This document shows positions 47,924 through 56,875 of a stretch of 64,000 bases of DNA, in pieces; the first letter of the stretch is position 1, and every line of letters begins with the position of its first letter. The position numbers were made by a program, and so were the translations under genes. The stretch is taken from the NCBI GenBank assembly GCA_037442745.1, contig JBBIPP010000004.1, positions 1 through 64,000 on the forward strand, in the 5' to 3' direction. The notes under the pieces were generated by a model. That model made no database searches and was not told where the DNA came from. It saw nothing but the letters and a program-made list of their open reading frames with translations. This stretch comes from an archaeon (GTDB taxonomy: Archaea > SpSt-1190 > DYHY01).

Positions 47924-48672
47924 TGCCAGTTTTTTCTCTCGGGAAATTGGAGAAACTGCAGTTCGTTTCACTTGCCTTGCTTCTCCTCCTTTTGGCTCCT
48001 GCACATTCCGCCACTTCGGGCGCCGCGAACACAGATCTTGTTTCAAAAGGAAGGGGCTTTGCGGACGAGCTCTTTGGCCCGATGTTTGCGCTCCTTGAGC
48101 CTTTCGGATTTGGGGCGAACAACCAGTATTCAATGATCCAATTCCTTGCAGCATTCACGCTGATATTCTTCCTTGTGAAGGAAATTACGCCCGGAACCTC
48201 TGACTTTGCCGCATTCATTGCAACAATGCTAGGAGCTGGCGCAATAAACTTCATTTTCCGGCTGGACTGGTACACTTTCTTGATACATTTCTCCCCTGCT
48301 CTCCTGATGTTTTTCTTCCTTCAGGACATCCTCGCTAGGTTCTCCTTCATGTTCCGGAGCACGGCCAAATGGATTGCCCTCTTCGGAATGATTCTTGTCT
48401 TCTACACAGACTATGCGCTCTTCACTGACAACGGAATTTTTGGATTTTTCTTCAACAAACTGTTCGGGGAAGGGTATTCGTTTTTCCTCGAGCCTTGGTC
48501 AATAATACTTTTCGCGCTTCTTGCGACTCTTGTGCGGATGTTCGGTCTCATTGAGAAGGTCTTCAAGTCTGAGAGCGCTAACCAATACAGGTACCAGATG
48601 CAGGCGGCAGTGAACATTATTCAGCAGGAAGTTGTAAAGGGAGGAATGAAGGACCTTGCAAAGAAAAAGTGA
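47923..48672 (+). CDS. Signal-peptide multi-TM paralogue
   Basis: FSPALLMFFFLQDIL..FSFMFRSTAKWIALF repeats the family motif. Confidence 0.78.
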   Translation: MPVFSLGKLEKLQFVSLALLLLLLAPAHSATSGAANTDLVSKGRGFADELFGPMFALLEPFGFGANNQYSMIQFLAAFTLIFFLVKEITPGTSDFAAFIATMLGAGAINFIFRLDWYTFLIHFSPALLMFFFLQDILARFSFMFRSTAKWIALFGMILVFYTDYALFTDNGIFGFFFNKLFGEGYSFFLEPWSIILFALLATLVRMFGLIEKVFKSESANQYRYQMQAAVNIIQQEVVKGGMKDLAKKK

Positions 48673-48705
48673 GGTTTTTATTCCGGAACAGGAGGGCGTC
48701 TTGCA

Positions 48706-49317
48706 ATGGACCTAATAATCCTCATAATAACCTTGGTCTGCCTAACTACAATAATAAAGCCATTCACATTCCCCGGAGACAGCAATTTCGAGGACGCTTC
48801 GTCAACTCTAGCCATTTTCCTCGGAATCCTCGCCTATTTCTACGGAGTCGATTTCTTCCCGGCAACCTCGTTTTTAGCGCCCCTCCACATTATAACAATA
48901 GGCCTGGTGAACGCATTTTCAATAATAGATCTTTTCATACTGACTATTCTTGGAACCCCCCTGACACTGAACCTCATTTTCGTTGTAATAGTCCCCTCAA
49001 TGGTTGTCTATAAGATTGCAAAGGAGCTCTTCTCATATACGGAGATACTCTCAAAGACAACCGAGAACTTCATTGCATCAATAGTCGCTTTCATCTCAAT
49101 GGTTGCGGCAGTCAGGGGCGACTTTAACCTGATTCAGATTGTCTGGAGCGCTCTCACATATTTGGTGAGCTATGTTACCGGTCAGAGCTCATTATACCTG
49201 ATGACTGTCTCAATAACGGTTATTTCGGTAATTGTTCTTGCAGTTGCCATTGCATTCGAGACAATGACTGTCAAGTTCGTCCTTCTTCTTTCTAACGGTT
49301 CCGCAGAAGCAGAATAG
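48706..49317 (+). CDS. Multi-TM paralogue
   Basis: IVPSMVVYKIAKELFSYTEILSKTTENFIASIV is a variant of the family motif. Confidence 0.75.
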   Translation: MDLIILIITLVCLTTIIKPFTFPGDSNFEDASSTLAIFLGILAYFYGVDFFPATSFLAPLHIITIGLVNAFSIIDLFILTILGTPLTLNLIFVVIVPSMVVYKIAKELFSYTEILSKTTENFIASIVAFISMVAAVRGDFNLIQIVWSALTYLVSYVTGQSSLYLMTVSITVISVIVLAVAIAFETMTVKFVLLLSNGSAEAE

Positions 49318-49449
49318 ATTTAGAACTATTCTTAGGCCTTTAATAAAATAACACATCATTTGGCCTTTGTAAAGACAATAAAAAGAAAACTTTAAAAGCA
49401 AGATTGAATATATTACTATTAAATAACAAAAAAGGATTGATGATGAAAA

Positions 49450-49992
49450 ATGGCAAAACCTGAAAACGCACGTGAGTTGTGGGGGGAAATGTTCGTTAAC
49501 AATGAGGGTATAATTAAGAGGTATGTAAATGATCTTGCAAACTCAGCCAAAGAGTTTCCTTATTATGGAGGTTTGGCGGGATTTTTGGGAGAAGGCGCTT
49601 CAAGAATAGGCAAGGCAGTAAGTTCTTATGCAAGAGGTCCTGTGGCAGCTAAAAAGCCGGCAGAAGGGCCGGCAGAAGGGCCGGCAGAAGGGCCGGCAGA
49701 AGGGCCGGCAAAAACCGATGACGGCCCAGGCGGAGACGTGAAGACTCTCGGCTATAAGGAGATACTTAATCGCCTTGAGGAACTTGCGAGGGGGCAACAG
49801 AATTCTCCTTCCATCCCGTTCACTGCGAAAACTCCCGCTAGTTCGCTCTACAAACCCCAACCGAATGAACCTTCAAAGCTAAATAAGGGACTGGAATATC
49901 TGGCGTTTGTTCTTGGCCCGGACTTTGAAAGTTATGTTCCCCAGCTAAATGATCTCGGAGCACGTGGAGTTATAAAGACGTACCCAATCTAA
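49450..49992 (+). CDS. Hypothetical protein with (PAEG)4 repeat
   Basis: ORF with an AT-rich leader and an internal 12-bp tandem repeat. Confidence 0.7.
   Translation: MAKPENARELWGEMFVNNEGIIKRYVNDLANSAKEFPYYGGLAGFLGEGASRIGKAVSSYARGPVAAKKPAEGPAEGPAEGPAEGPAKTDDGPGGDVKTLGYKEILNRLEELARGQQNSPSIPFTAKTPASSLYKPQPNEPSKLNKGLEYLAFVLGPDFESYVPQLNDLGARGVIKTYPI
49657..49710 (+). repeat. 12-bp tandem repeat CCGGCAGAAGGG x4.5
   Basis: Perfect in-frame tandem copies. Confidence 0.95.
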
Positions 49993-49998
49993 ATTTCA

Positions 49999-50322
49999 TC
50001 AATCCAAGAAAAACGGGATGGAAGAAATCTCCCCTCCCGCCCGCCTTTTCTTTTCAATTGTGAATGTTCCTAGAAATTCTTCCGGAACCCGGAACTTACC
50101 GAAATGCAGGCCCGAATCAACATATCCCCAAGAAATTATCGCCGCTTCGAACGCCTCGACAAATTTTCCCTCTTTCAGGAAATGTTTTGCGTCCGAAAAA
50201 TAGGACTTGGCCAGAAGAAGAACTTGTCTTGTCTCTTCGGACTCCTCAACAATTTCAACCTTTTCAATGAACGAGCCAGTCCGTTCAACTTCTCGCCGGG
50301 CAACCTTTTCCATCCTGTTCAT
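49999..50322 (-). CDS. DUF357 domain protein
   Basis: A.SY.SDAKHF...G..V.AFEA...SWG..D.G; downstream of dph5. Confidence 0.85.
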   Translation of the reverse strand: MNRMEKVARREVERTGSFIEKVEIVEESEETRQVLLLAKSYFSDAKHFLKEGKFVEAFEAAIISWGYVDSGLHFGKFRVPEEFLGTFTIEKKRRAGGEISSIPFFLD

Positions 50323-50323
50323 T

Positions 50324-51025
50324 CTAATCGAACCTGAACCATTTGAGGAAAGCCTCCTCAGTGAAATGGAGCTTTGCCGGAATTACCAAGCAGTGGGGAG
50401 CCTTCCCGAACTCGAGTGCTTCCAATTTTTCGGCTTCCCCCCAGGCAATTTTCATGTCGGGCCTGTTCGCACGGGAGAGGACAACGAACTCCGGGAAGAA
50501 CGCTTTCAGGTGCCTTATTGCTTCCTTCGGATTCATTCCAATATCAAGAAGAACGAGCGTGTGGAGGTCTGCCGAGAGGTTCTTCTTCGTGTATTCGACA
50601 ACTGAAGGGAATTCTCCAAATGATGGGAGGGAGACAGTCCGGCCGAACTTGTAAAGCTGGAGGCCCGTCTTTCCGACTGCAGTGAAAATCGATGGCGCAG
50701 AGACAATCTCGCATTGGACGCCCTTCTCCCTCGCCTCTTCAATCAATGCAAGATGGGTTGTCGCGGCAAGAGGGTCTCCGGAAACTAGTATTGCCACTTT
50801 CTGCCCAAGAGCCTTTTCAATCAATTCGGCAGAATTGTTCTCGAAATCCTCCCGTTTTGCCCTTAAAAATTCCCGCCCCGTGACTTTCTCAAGATAGGCA
50901 ATCTGAACCGGGGAAATTGTGTTTGTATAGTCCTCAAGATAGACAATATCCGCCGACTTTACTTCGTTTACCCCTTTGAGTGTTATTTCCGACACATCAA
51001 GCCCAAGACCTATCAGGACAAGCAT
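50324..51025 (-). CDS. dph5: Diphthine synthase
   Basis: LIGLGL, YLE.YT, GDPLAATTH, GLQLYKFG.TVS, HTLVLLDI, PHCLVIP..LHF.E. Confidence 0.95.
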   Translation of the reverse strand: MLVLIGLGLDVSEITLKGVNEVKSADIVYLEDYTNTISPVQIAYLEKVTGREFLRAKREDFENNSAELIEKALGQKVAILVSGDPLAATTHLALIEEAREKGVQCEIVSAPSIFTAVGKTGLQLYKFGRTVSLPSFGEFPSVVEYTKKNLSADLHTLVLLDIGMNPKEAIRHLKAFFPEFVVLSRANRPDMKIAWGEAEKLEALEFGKAPHCLVIPAKLHFTEEAFLKWFRFD

Positions 51026-51071
51026 TTTTCGAAACCTCGCAAGGTTTCCTGAATTTAATCTTTAAAAACAA

Positions 51072-52130
51072 TTGTCTGCAATTTGTTCTGTGCAGAAAAA
51101 AAAGGAAAATTCGAAAAGCCCAGCAACAGGCTCAGCCACCGGCCTCGCAGTCCGGGCGAAGCGGGCTCTCGCCGAAAAGACCCGAAAAAGCCTCTCTGAC
51201 GGAGGCCTTATTGACAATGGAAGGCAAATTGTTCCGGACGGGGAATTTATTCTGATTCCAGTTCTCGGGGGAAAAAAAGGTCTTGATATTGTGGAGCGGG
51301 ACCTTCCCCTTCAGGCGCCCCACAGCCAGTCCCTGGAAAAGCTTCTTTCCGGAATAATGCCCAAGGGAAAAAAGTTTTCGAAATCATTCGACATTGTCGG
51401 AACTGTCGGAATACTGGACGTTCCCTCGCTCCCAAGAGAGAGCCAGAAATTCGCCGCACTCGCCCTGAAAAAAGTCTATCCTAATCTCGCCTGCATTTCG
51501 ACAAGGGCTGGGATAATTGAGGACGAATTCCGCGTCCGGCCCCTGAAGAAAATCTGGGGCGCCAAAATGGAAACAATCCATAACGAGAACGGCGTTCGCC
51601 TTAAATTGGACCCGTCGAAAGTCTATTTCTCCCCGAGGCAGGCATCTGAAAGAAAAAGAATCTCCTCTCTTATCGGAAAAAACGAGACAATCCTTGTAAT
51701 GTTCGCCGGATGCGGTCCCTATTCAATCCTTATTGCAAAGGAGCATCCGGACTGCTTTGTATATTCAATTGAAAAGAACCCCAAAGGCGCGAAATACCTG
51801 AAGGAGAACATAAAATTGAACAAGCTTTCCCTTAATTCCGAGGCAATCTCGGGCGATGTTCGGAAAATTGTCCCGAATCTTGCGAAGAGAGGGCTTATTT
51901 TCGACAGAATTCTCATGCCACTTCCGAAGTGTGCGGATAACTTCCTTGACCTAATCCCTCTGATTTCCAAAAAGGGAACGTTTCTCCATTTCTATTCGTT
52001 CGGGCGCGACTTTTCAGACACCGAAAAAACAATTGCTGAAAGGCTTCCTAGCGCAAGAATTATGAACGCCCGGAGGTGCGGGGACATTGCTCCGGGCAAG
52101 TTCAGGCTTGTCTTTGACGTTGTGCTCTGA
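51072..52130 (+). CDS. trm5: Trm5/TYW2-family tRNA methyltransferase
   Basis: SFDIVG, H.ENG...LD..KVYFSPR...ER, MFAGCGPY, EKNP, DRILMPLP. Confidence 0.88.
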   Translation: MSAICSVQKKKENSKSPATGSATGLAVRAKRALAEKTRKSLSDGGLIDNGRQIVPDGEFILIPVLGGKKGLDIVERDLPLQAPHSQSLEKLLSGIMPKGKKFSKSFDIVGTVGILDVPSLPRESQKFAALALKKVYPNLACISTRAGIIEDEFRVRPLKKIWGAKMETIHNENGVRLKLDPSKVYFSPRQASERKRISSLIGKNETILVMFAGCGPYSILIAKEHPDCFVYSIEKNPKGAKYLKENIKLNKLSLNSEAISGDVRKIVPNLAKRGLIFDRILMPLPKCADNFLDLIPLISKKGTFLHFYSFGRDFSDTEKTIAERLPSARIMNARRCGDIAPGKFRLVFDVVL

Positions 52131-52229
52131 TAAGAGGCCTGTTTTCAGGTGGTCAGGAGGAACTAGGAACTGGGGGGCGGAGAACGCCCCGCGGTTTGGG
52201 CTCTTGGCAAGTTCAGGCTTGTCTTTGAC
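52095..52229 (+). repeat. 24-bp direct repeat of the trm5 3' end
   Basis: GGCAAGTTCAGGCTTGTCTTTGAC at 52095-52118 and 52206-52229. Confidence 0.9.
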
Positions 52230-52335
52230 ATTGAACTCCAACTCCAAGAAATTCGGCTGGAGCGAGCAAGAAAACCGCTAAAAATTCTTTTGGGAAGCAA
52301 AGAATTATATAACTTCAAATGGCTCGGCCCTCATT

Positions 52336-54354
52336 GTGGTTGGCCTGATTAGGAAATGGACTTCGCTTGCGTTTTTTTTGGCAGTCGGGCTTGTCGTCGT
52401 GGCAGTTATTGCCGCTTTCCTTTTCGCTCAGAACGGAAAAACGCCCTCCCCAGCTCAGGAATCAGTAAAAGTCTACTGGTTCATTCCTGACGGGCTCCGG
52501 GCAGACCCATACAAGTTCAAAATGTTCGAATGGGCGGACGAAGGAAAACTCCCGAACATAAAATGGATGATGGATAACGGAGCATATGGCTATTCAATTC
52601 CGGATTTCCCGTCCCACACTCCGGTGAATTTCGCAACTCTCCTGACAGGAGCGCATCCGGAAGTCCACGGGATTGCCGACGGGCCGATGCATGTCGAAGG
52701 TTACCCCCTTGACAAGCCGGCGGTTGCTGGGTTCTCGTCTTCCGCGAAAAAGGTTGCGCCAATTTGGACGCTCTTTGAGAATGCTGGGAAAAAGGTTGCA
52801 ATCCTCTCCGTCCCGGGGTCAACGCCCCCAGAGATAAATGAAGGAATAGTCATACGTGGGCGGTGGGGCGGATGGGGGGCCGACACACCCGCACTAAACT
52901 TCGAGTCAGCTGAGAAGCTCGAGGAACGGAAAAAATACGGCCGGGCTTTTCGGCTTTTCTACCTTGGTTCGCCATTGACAATATTCGTGAAAGGCAAGGT
53001 GTCTGAGAATCCAGCCAAGCAAAGCTACCTTCCCGAAATACATGTTGCGCTTCCGGCATACGGAAAGAATTTCTCCGCAATCCTCTCAGGGGAAGAGAAG
53101 TCCGGCTATTCCTCGGCGTCATTTTATTTCGACGGAAATCTTGTGACAACGCTCGAGCAAGGAGAGACTAGCGAGTGGTTTCCTGTGAACCTCACCTGGA
53201 ACAACCTTACATTTCTTTCAGAAGTGAGGTTTACCCTGATAAAGCTGGAAGAAAACGGCCTATTTAGGATTAGGCTGTTCTTCAACAACATAAACGAACT
53301 TATAGTGTTTCCTTCGTCAGTAGCTAGGGAAATCACCGATGCAATAGGCCCTTCGGTCGATTTTGTCGACAACTGGCCGAACCAGCTTTCGTTCGAGCCC
53401 GAGGACAAGAAGGTGTTTTTCGACGAAGCAATGGATTCATTGGAATGGCACAGGAAGGCTGCAGGATTCATTTTCGATAAATACTCTCCAGACCTATTTG
53501 TACACGACACTTACACTCCTAACCAGTTCTTGGAAGCCCGCTGGTGGCACAGGCATGTTGATGAGAACAGCCCGGACTTTTCAGGTGAAACTGATAGCGA
53601 GGCATGGAGCGAGATTCTCACAATGTACAAGGGCGTTGATTCAATAATAGGGGAAATTAGGCAAAAGGCCGGAAGCGACACGATAATAATCCTGTCCTCG
53701 GACCACGGCGTCGCGCCCCTGTACAGGCAGGTGAAACTCAACAACCTGTTCAGGGAAAAGGGGTGGCTTTTTTACACTAACGACGAAAAGACTGGCGAGC
53801 CGAAAATAGACTGGAACAGGAGCAAGGTGATTTTCCTTAAAATGAACCACGTGTATGTCAACCCTTCTGGCCTAGGTGGAAATTACAGGCGCGCGAACGG
53901 GACGGAATATTATGCTCTTAGGCAGGAAGTTATTGACGCTATGCTAGCTCTTGAGGATTCAGATGGTTCCCGCCCGATATTTGCAGTCTCTCCAGGAGAT
54001 CTCTATGAGAAGGTTATTGGGTTTGAGTCAGCATCCTCAGAGTTCTCGCTTCCGGCGGACCGCGTCGGCGACCTCGTTTTCCAGCAGAAGATTGGCTACC
54101 AGACTGTCGAAGAGATGGATTACGGGGATATTTTCATCAATCCTCTCTCCTCAGGATACAAGCAGGCGATTGACCCGAAAAACGAGAGTATGTGGACTCC
54201 TTTCGTGATTGTTGGCCCCGGAATAAGAAAGGGCGTCTTCATAGAAAACCCGATAGACCACGTTGACCAGATGCCAACAATACTGAACCTCACGCGGATG
54301 CCTATTCCGGAATACGTTCAGGGAAGGGTTCTAGTCGAAATATTGGCCAATTGA
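52336..54354 (+). CDS. Membrane-anchored alkaline-phosphatase-superfamily (nucleotide pyrophosphatase/phosphodiesterase) protein
   Basis: N-terminal TM; IPDG.R, PSHTPVNFATLLTGA.P..HGI, SSDHG, VDQMPTIL. Confidence 0.88.
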   Translation: MVGLIRKWTSLAFFLAVGLVVVAVIAAFLFAQNGKTPSPAQESVKVYWFIPDGLRADPYKFKMFEWADEGKLPNIKWMMDNGAYGYSIPDFPSHTPVNFATLLTGAHPEVHGIADGPMHVEGYPLDKPAVAGFSSSAKKVAPIWTLFENAGKKVAILSVPGSTPPEINEGIVIRGRWGGWGADTPALNFESAEKLEERKKYGRAFRLFYLGSPLTIFVKGKVSENPAKQSYLPEIHVALPAYGKNFSAILSGEEKSGYSSASFYFDGNLVTTLEQGETSEWFPVNLTWNNLTFLSEVRFTLIKLEENGLFRIRLFFNNINELIVFPSSVAREITDAIGPSVDFVDNWPNQLSFEPEDKKVFFDEAMDSLEWHRKAAGFIFDKYSPDLFVHDTYTPNQFLEARWWHRHVDENSPDFSGETDSEAWSEILTMYKGVDSIIGEIRQKAGSDTIIILSSDHGVAPLYRQVKLNNLFREKGWLFYTNDEKTGEPKIDWNRSKVIFLKMNHVYVNPSGLGGNYRRANGTEYYALRQEVIDAMLALEDSDGSRPIFAVSPGDLYEKVIGFESASSEFSLPADRVGDLVFQQKIGYQTVEEMDYGDIFINPLSSGYKQAIDPKNESMWTPFVIVGPGIRKGVFIENPIDHVDQMPTILNLTRMPIPEYVQGRVLVEILAN

Positions 54355-55035
54355 TTTTTCGGCGCATACTTTCTCGAGTATTTCCTTCAAATCAGGCGCC
54401 TTCCCGACGCCCCAGTCGGAAGTCTCTGAAAAAAACTGTATTTCCTCGAGGAATCGGCCGCCTTTGCAGTATTTCAATACATAGATTGAATGGTATTTAA
54501 CGAGATCATTCGAACATACCCCATAGTTCCTGCGTTCCCCTGCCGGAAGGTAGTATGCCTTGCCGAGGCCGTCGGGATATTCGAAGGTTTCGGGGAGGAA
54601 TTCCAGAGGGCACTCTATTTTTTGTGTTAGCTCCCCCGGATAAGGAGAGGGGATTTCTATGAAAATTGAATCCAAAAGGGCTGTGCGGGTAATTATTGCT
54701 TTGCGGGCTTCCTCCTTTCCGACAGGGAAATAGGAAAACTCCTTGAAGCTTGTTCCGACATCGGAGTTTTCCAGTATTCCCTCTCTTCTGATTGAAAGGA
54801 TGTTTCCAAAAGTTACGCTAGTGTTTATTGAGTAAGTTCCTCTGTATGAGATGAATGCGTCCGAGACAGTCTTGCCATGGGAGCTCACCGGGCCGAACAT
54901 GCCTGCGACAATTAGGCCGGCAAGCAGAGCGAGGAACGAGACGCCCGCAATAATCCGAAGAGACTTTCCAAGATTTTTCGACTTGCAACCGGCCTCCATT
55001 TCAGCATGTTGTTTGTGTTTTTCCGCCATACGCAT
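54331..55035 (-). CDS. Hypothetical membrane-anchored protein
   Basis: Single TM helix and a Cys-containing exterior domain. Confidence 0.65.
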   Translation of the reverse strand: MRMAEKHKQHAEMEAGCKSKNLGKSLRIIAGVSFLALLAGLIVAGMFGPVSSHGKTVSDAFISYRGTYSINTSVTFGNILSIRREGILENSDVGTSFKEFSYFPVGKEEARKAIITRTALLDSIFIEIPSPYPGELTQKIECPLEFLPETFEYPDGLGKAYYLPAGERRNYGVCSNDLVKYHSIYVLKYCKGGRFLEEIQFFSETSDWGVGKAPDLKEILEKVCAEKSIGQYFD

Positions 55036-55082
55036 TCAGCTGTCCTGTATTCAGAGGACTGAAATTCCCTTGCCTCCGAGCC

Positions 55083-55487
55083 CTATCCTGAAATATGCTT
55101 CATTTCCAGACGGTTTTTTTCAAAGGCCTTCCTCCAGATGAACTCCGCTTCCGCAGCGGTTTTCCCGAAGCTATCGGAGAAAAGCCCGGCTGCTCTACCT
55201 TCAATGAGCGGGCTTTCGAGGATGTGCTTCAGCCCAATTGAGCTAAAAGCCCCCATTCGGATTTCCGGTCGCCTCCCCGGGAAATTGATTATGAGAGGTA
55301 TTCTGAATACCTCCTTGGAAACAATTCCGTGGCCGAAGCTCGATTTGCAGAATAAATGCTTTTCTCCTAATTCGGCCGACAGGGCAGTGTTGAGGCATCC
55401 TACTTGCGCAATTGTCTGTTGATTGGCATGAAGAGGTCTAAGACTTTTCCTGTCTGTAATGACAATCAGCAGAAAGAACAGGTACAT
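55083..55487 (-). pseudogene. Sulfatase C-terminal remnant
   Basis: ELGE....GHG....EV.RIPLII..PG resembles the sulfatase C-terminal motif; the N-terminal catalytic region is absent. Confidence 0.5.
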
Positions 55488-55662
55488 TTAGGAGGGCGAG
55501 CAATCAGGCGAGATCTCTCCCTACGAAAGGAAGAGGGTGTCTGTGCTGCTGCACGGACTTTGTTTCGTTCCCTCGGCAGGAGGAGGTCGGAGAGTTAGCG
55601 GATATCTCCGAACTGCACTTGCGCAGGATAAACTTGGCAGTCAATCCAAAATAGTGCGCAAG

Positions 55663-55746
55663 TGCAGGAGGAGGGATTCGAACCCACGAAGGCACTAAGC
55701 CACATGGACCTCAACCATGCCCCTTTGACCGCTTGGGTACCCCTGC
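55663..55746 (-). tRNA. tRNA-Leu(GAG)
   Basis: Anticodon stem CATGG/CCATG with loop TTGAGGT; long variable arm; GGTTCGAATCC. Confidence 0.95.
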
Positions 55747-56046
55747 GTATATGTTTGGCGGTTTTGAGGGAAATATCCGTCCCTTTTAATAGTTTTTTCT
55801 CTTGGAAACTGTGAGATTTTTCCTCTCTTTTCAATCTTTCTGGAATTCGGGAATCTCTTCGCTTCGGATGCCTACAACTTATTCTTTCCCGAATATCCTC
55901 TCAACCCAACTCTCTTTTGAGAATGCCAGAATGACGGCCCTTGGATTTTCCAGCTCATCGTCAATTTTGTTGCCTTTATCCTTCATCCTCGCATATGAGT
56001 CTGCCTGAGCTTCTCCGTCAAATTTTCGCTCATTTTCCTCAGACGC

Positions 56047-56868
56047 CTACTTACCAGAAAAAAGGTGCTTTCTTTTCGGGCATATTTCCTGATATTCGCA
56101 GTATTCGCACAGCTTGCTCTCGTGCGCCGGAAACTCCTTTGCGCCCCTTATTTTTTCAACAAGCTCTGCAGTCCGTTTTCCGAGCTCCCTAAGTTCCCTG
56201 TCAGTCCTCTCGGAGCGAAGCTCTTTTCCGAAAACGAGGAAATGCCAGACAAGCCTGACTTTTTTCGCGTCCGGATACTGCCGCTTGACTGCCATGGCAT
56301 AGAGCGCTAGTTGCCTGTCCGAATCCAATTCCTTCTGGCTCTTCAGCCGGCTGTTCGTTTTGTAGTCGTGTATTTCGTAAATGCCCTCTCCTCTGGAAGA
56401 AAGCCTGTCAATATAGCCGATTAGCCTCTCCCCTCCCGGAAGAAGGACAATTACCTTCGCTTCAAGGCCGATTGTTGTCCCTTCATTGTTGAATGGGGAA
56501 TGCTCCGAATAATAGTCCCTAATACCCCGCTCACCGAGCGCCCTGTAGCTCTCAACCGAGAGGCAATCTCCCTCTTTTGCAACAAATAGTTCCTCTCCTG
56601 CATTTTCAATTTCCGAAAGAGAGGAGGTCCAGATTTTGTTGTAATACCCGGCTAGCTCTTCCAGGGAAAGGAGGCGCCCGATCTGGAGCGTTTTGTAGAG
56701 ATGCTTCAATGCCTCGTGGACGCGCTTTCCCATGAACTGCTCAATTGTTTCCGATACTTCTACTTGCACCTTGTCAATATACCTGAACTTGAACTTTAGG
56801 GGGCAGGACTCGTATGTGGAAATCCGCGAATTGGAGAAAAGCGTCCAACGGGATTTTTGCTCAGCCAT
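56047..56868 (-). CDS. RecB/AddB-family PD-(D/E)XK nuclease with Fe-S cysteines
   Basis: S.S.I..Y..CP, G..VH..L, GYIDRL, DYKT, QLALY, C..C.Y...CP. Confidence 0.9.
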   Translation of the reverse strand: MAEQKSRWTLFSNSRISTYESCPLKFKFRYIDKVQVEVSETIEQFMGKRVHEALKHLYKTLQIGRLLSLEELAGYYNKIWTSSLSEIENAGEELFVAKEGDCLSVESYRALGERGIRDYYSEHSPFNNEGTTIGLEAKVIVLLPGGERLIGYIDRLSSRGEGIYEIHDYKTNSRLKSQKELDSDRQLALYAMAVKRQYPDAKKVRLVWHFLVFGKELRSERTDRELRELGKRTAELVEKIRGAKEFPAHESKLCEYCEYQEICPKRKHLFSGK

Positions 56869-56875
56869 TTGGGAC

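Noticed and set aside
56047-56868. Cas4 / CRISPR-Cas locus
   Set aside because: No cas1/cas2 or array nearby; fits a stand-alone RecB/AddB-like nuclease
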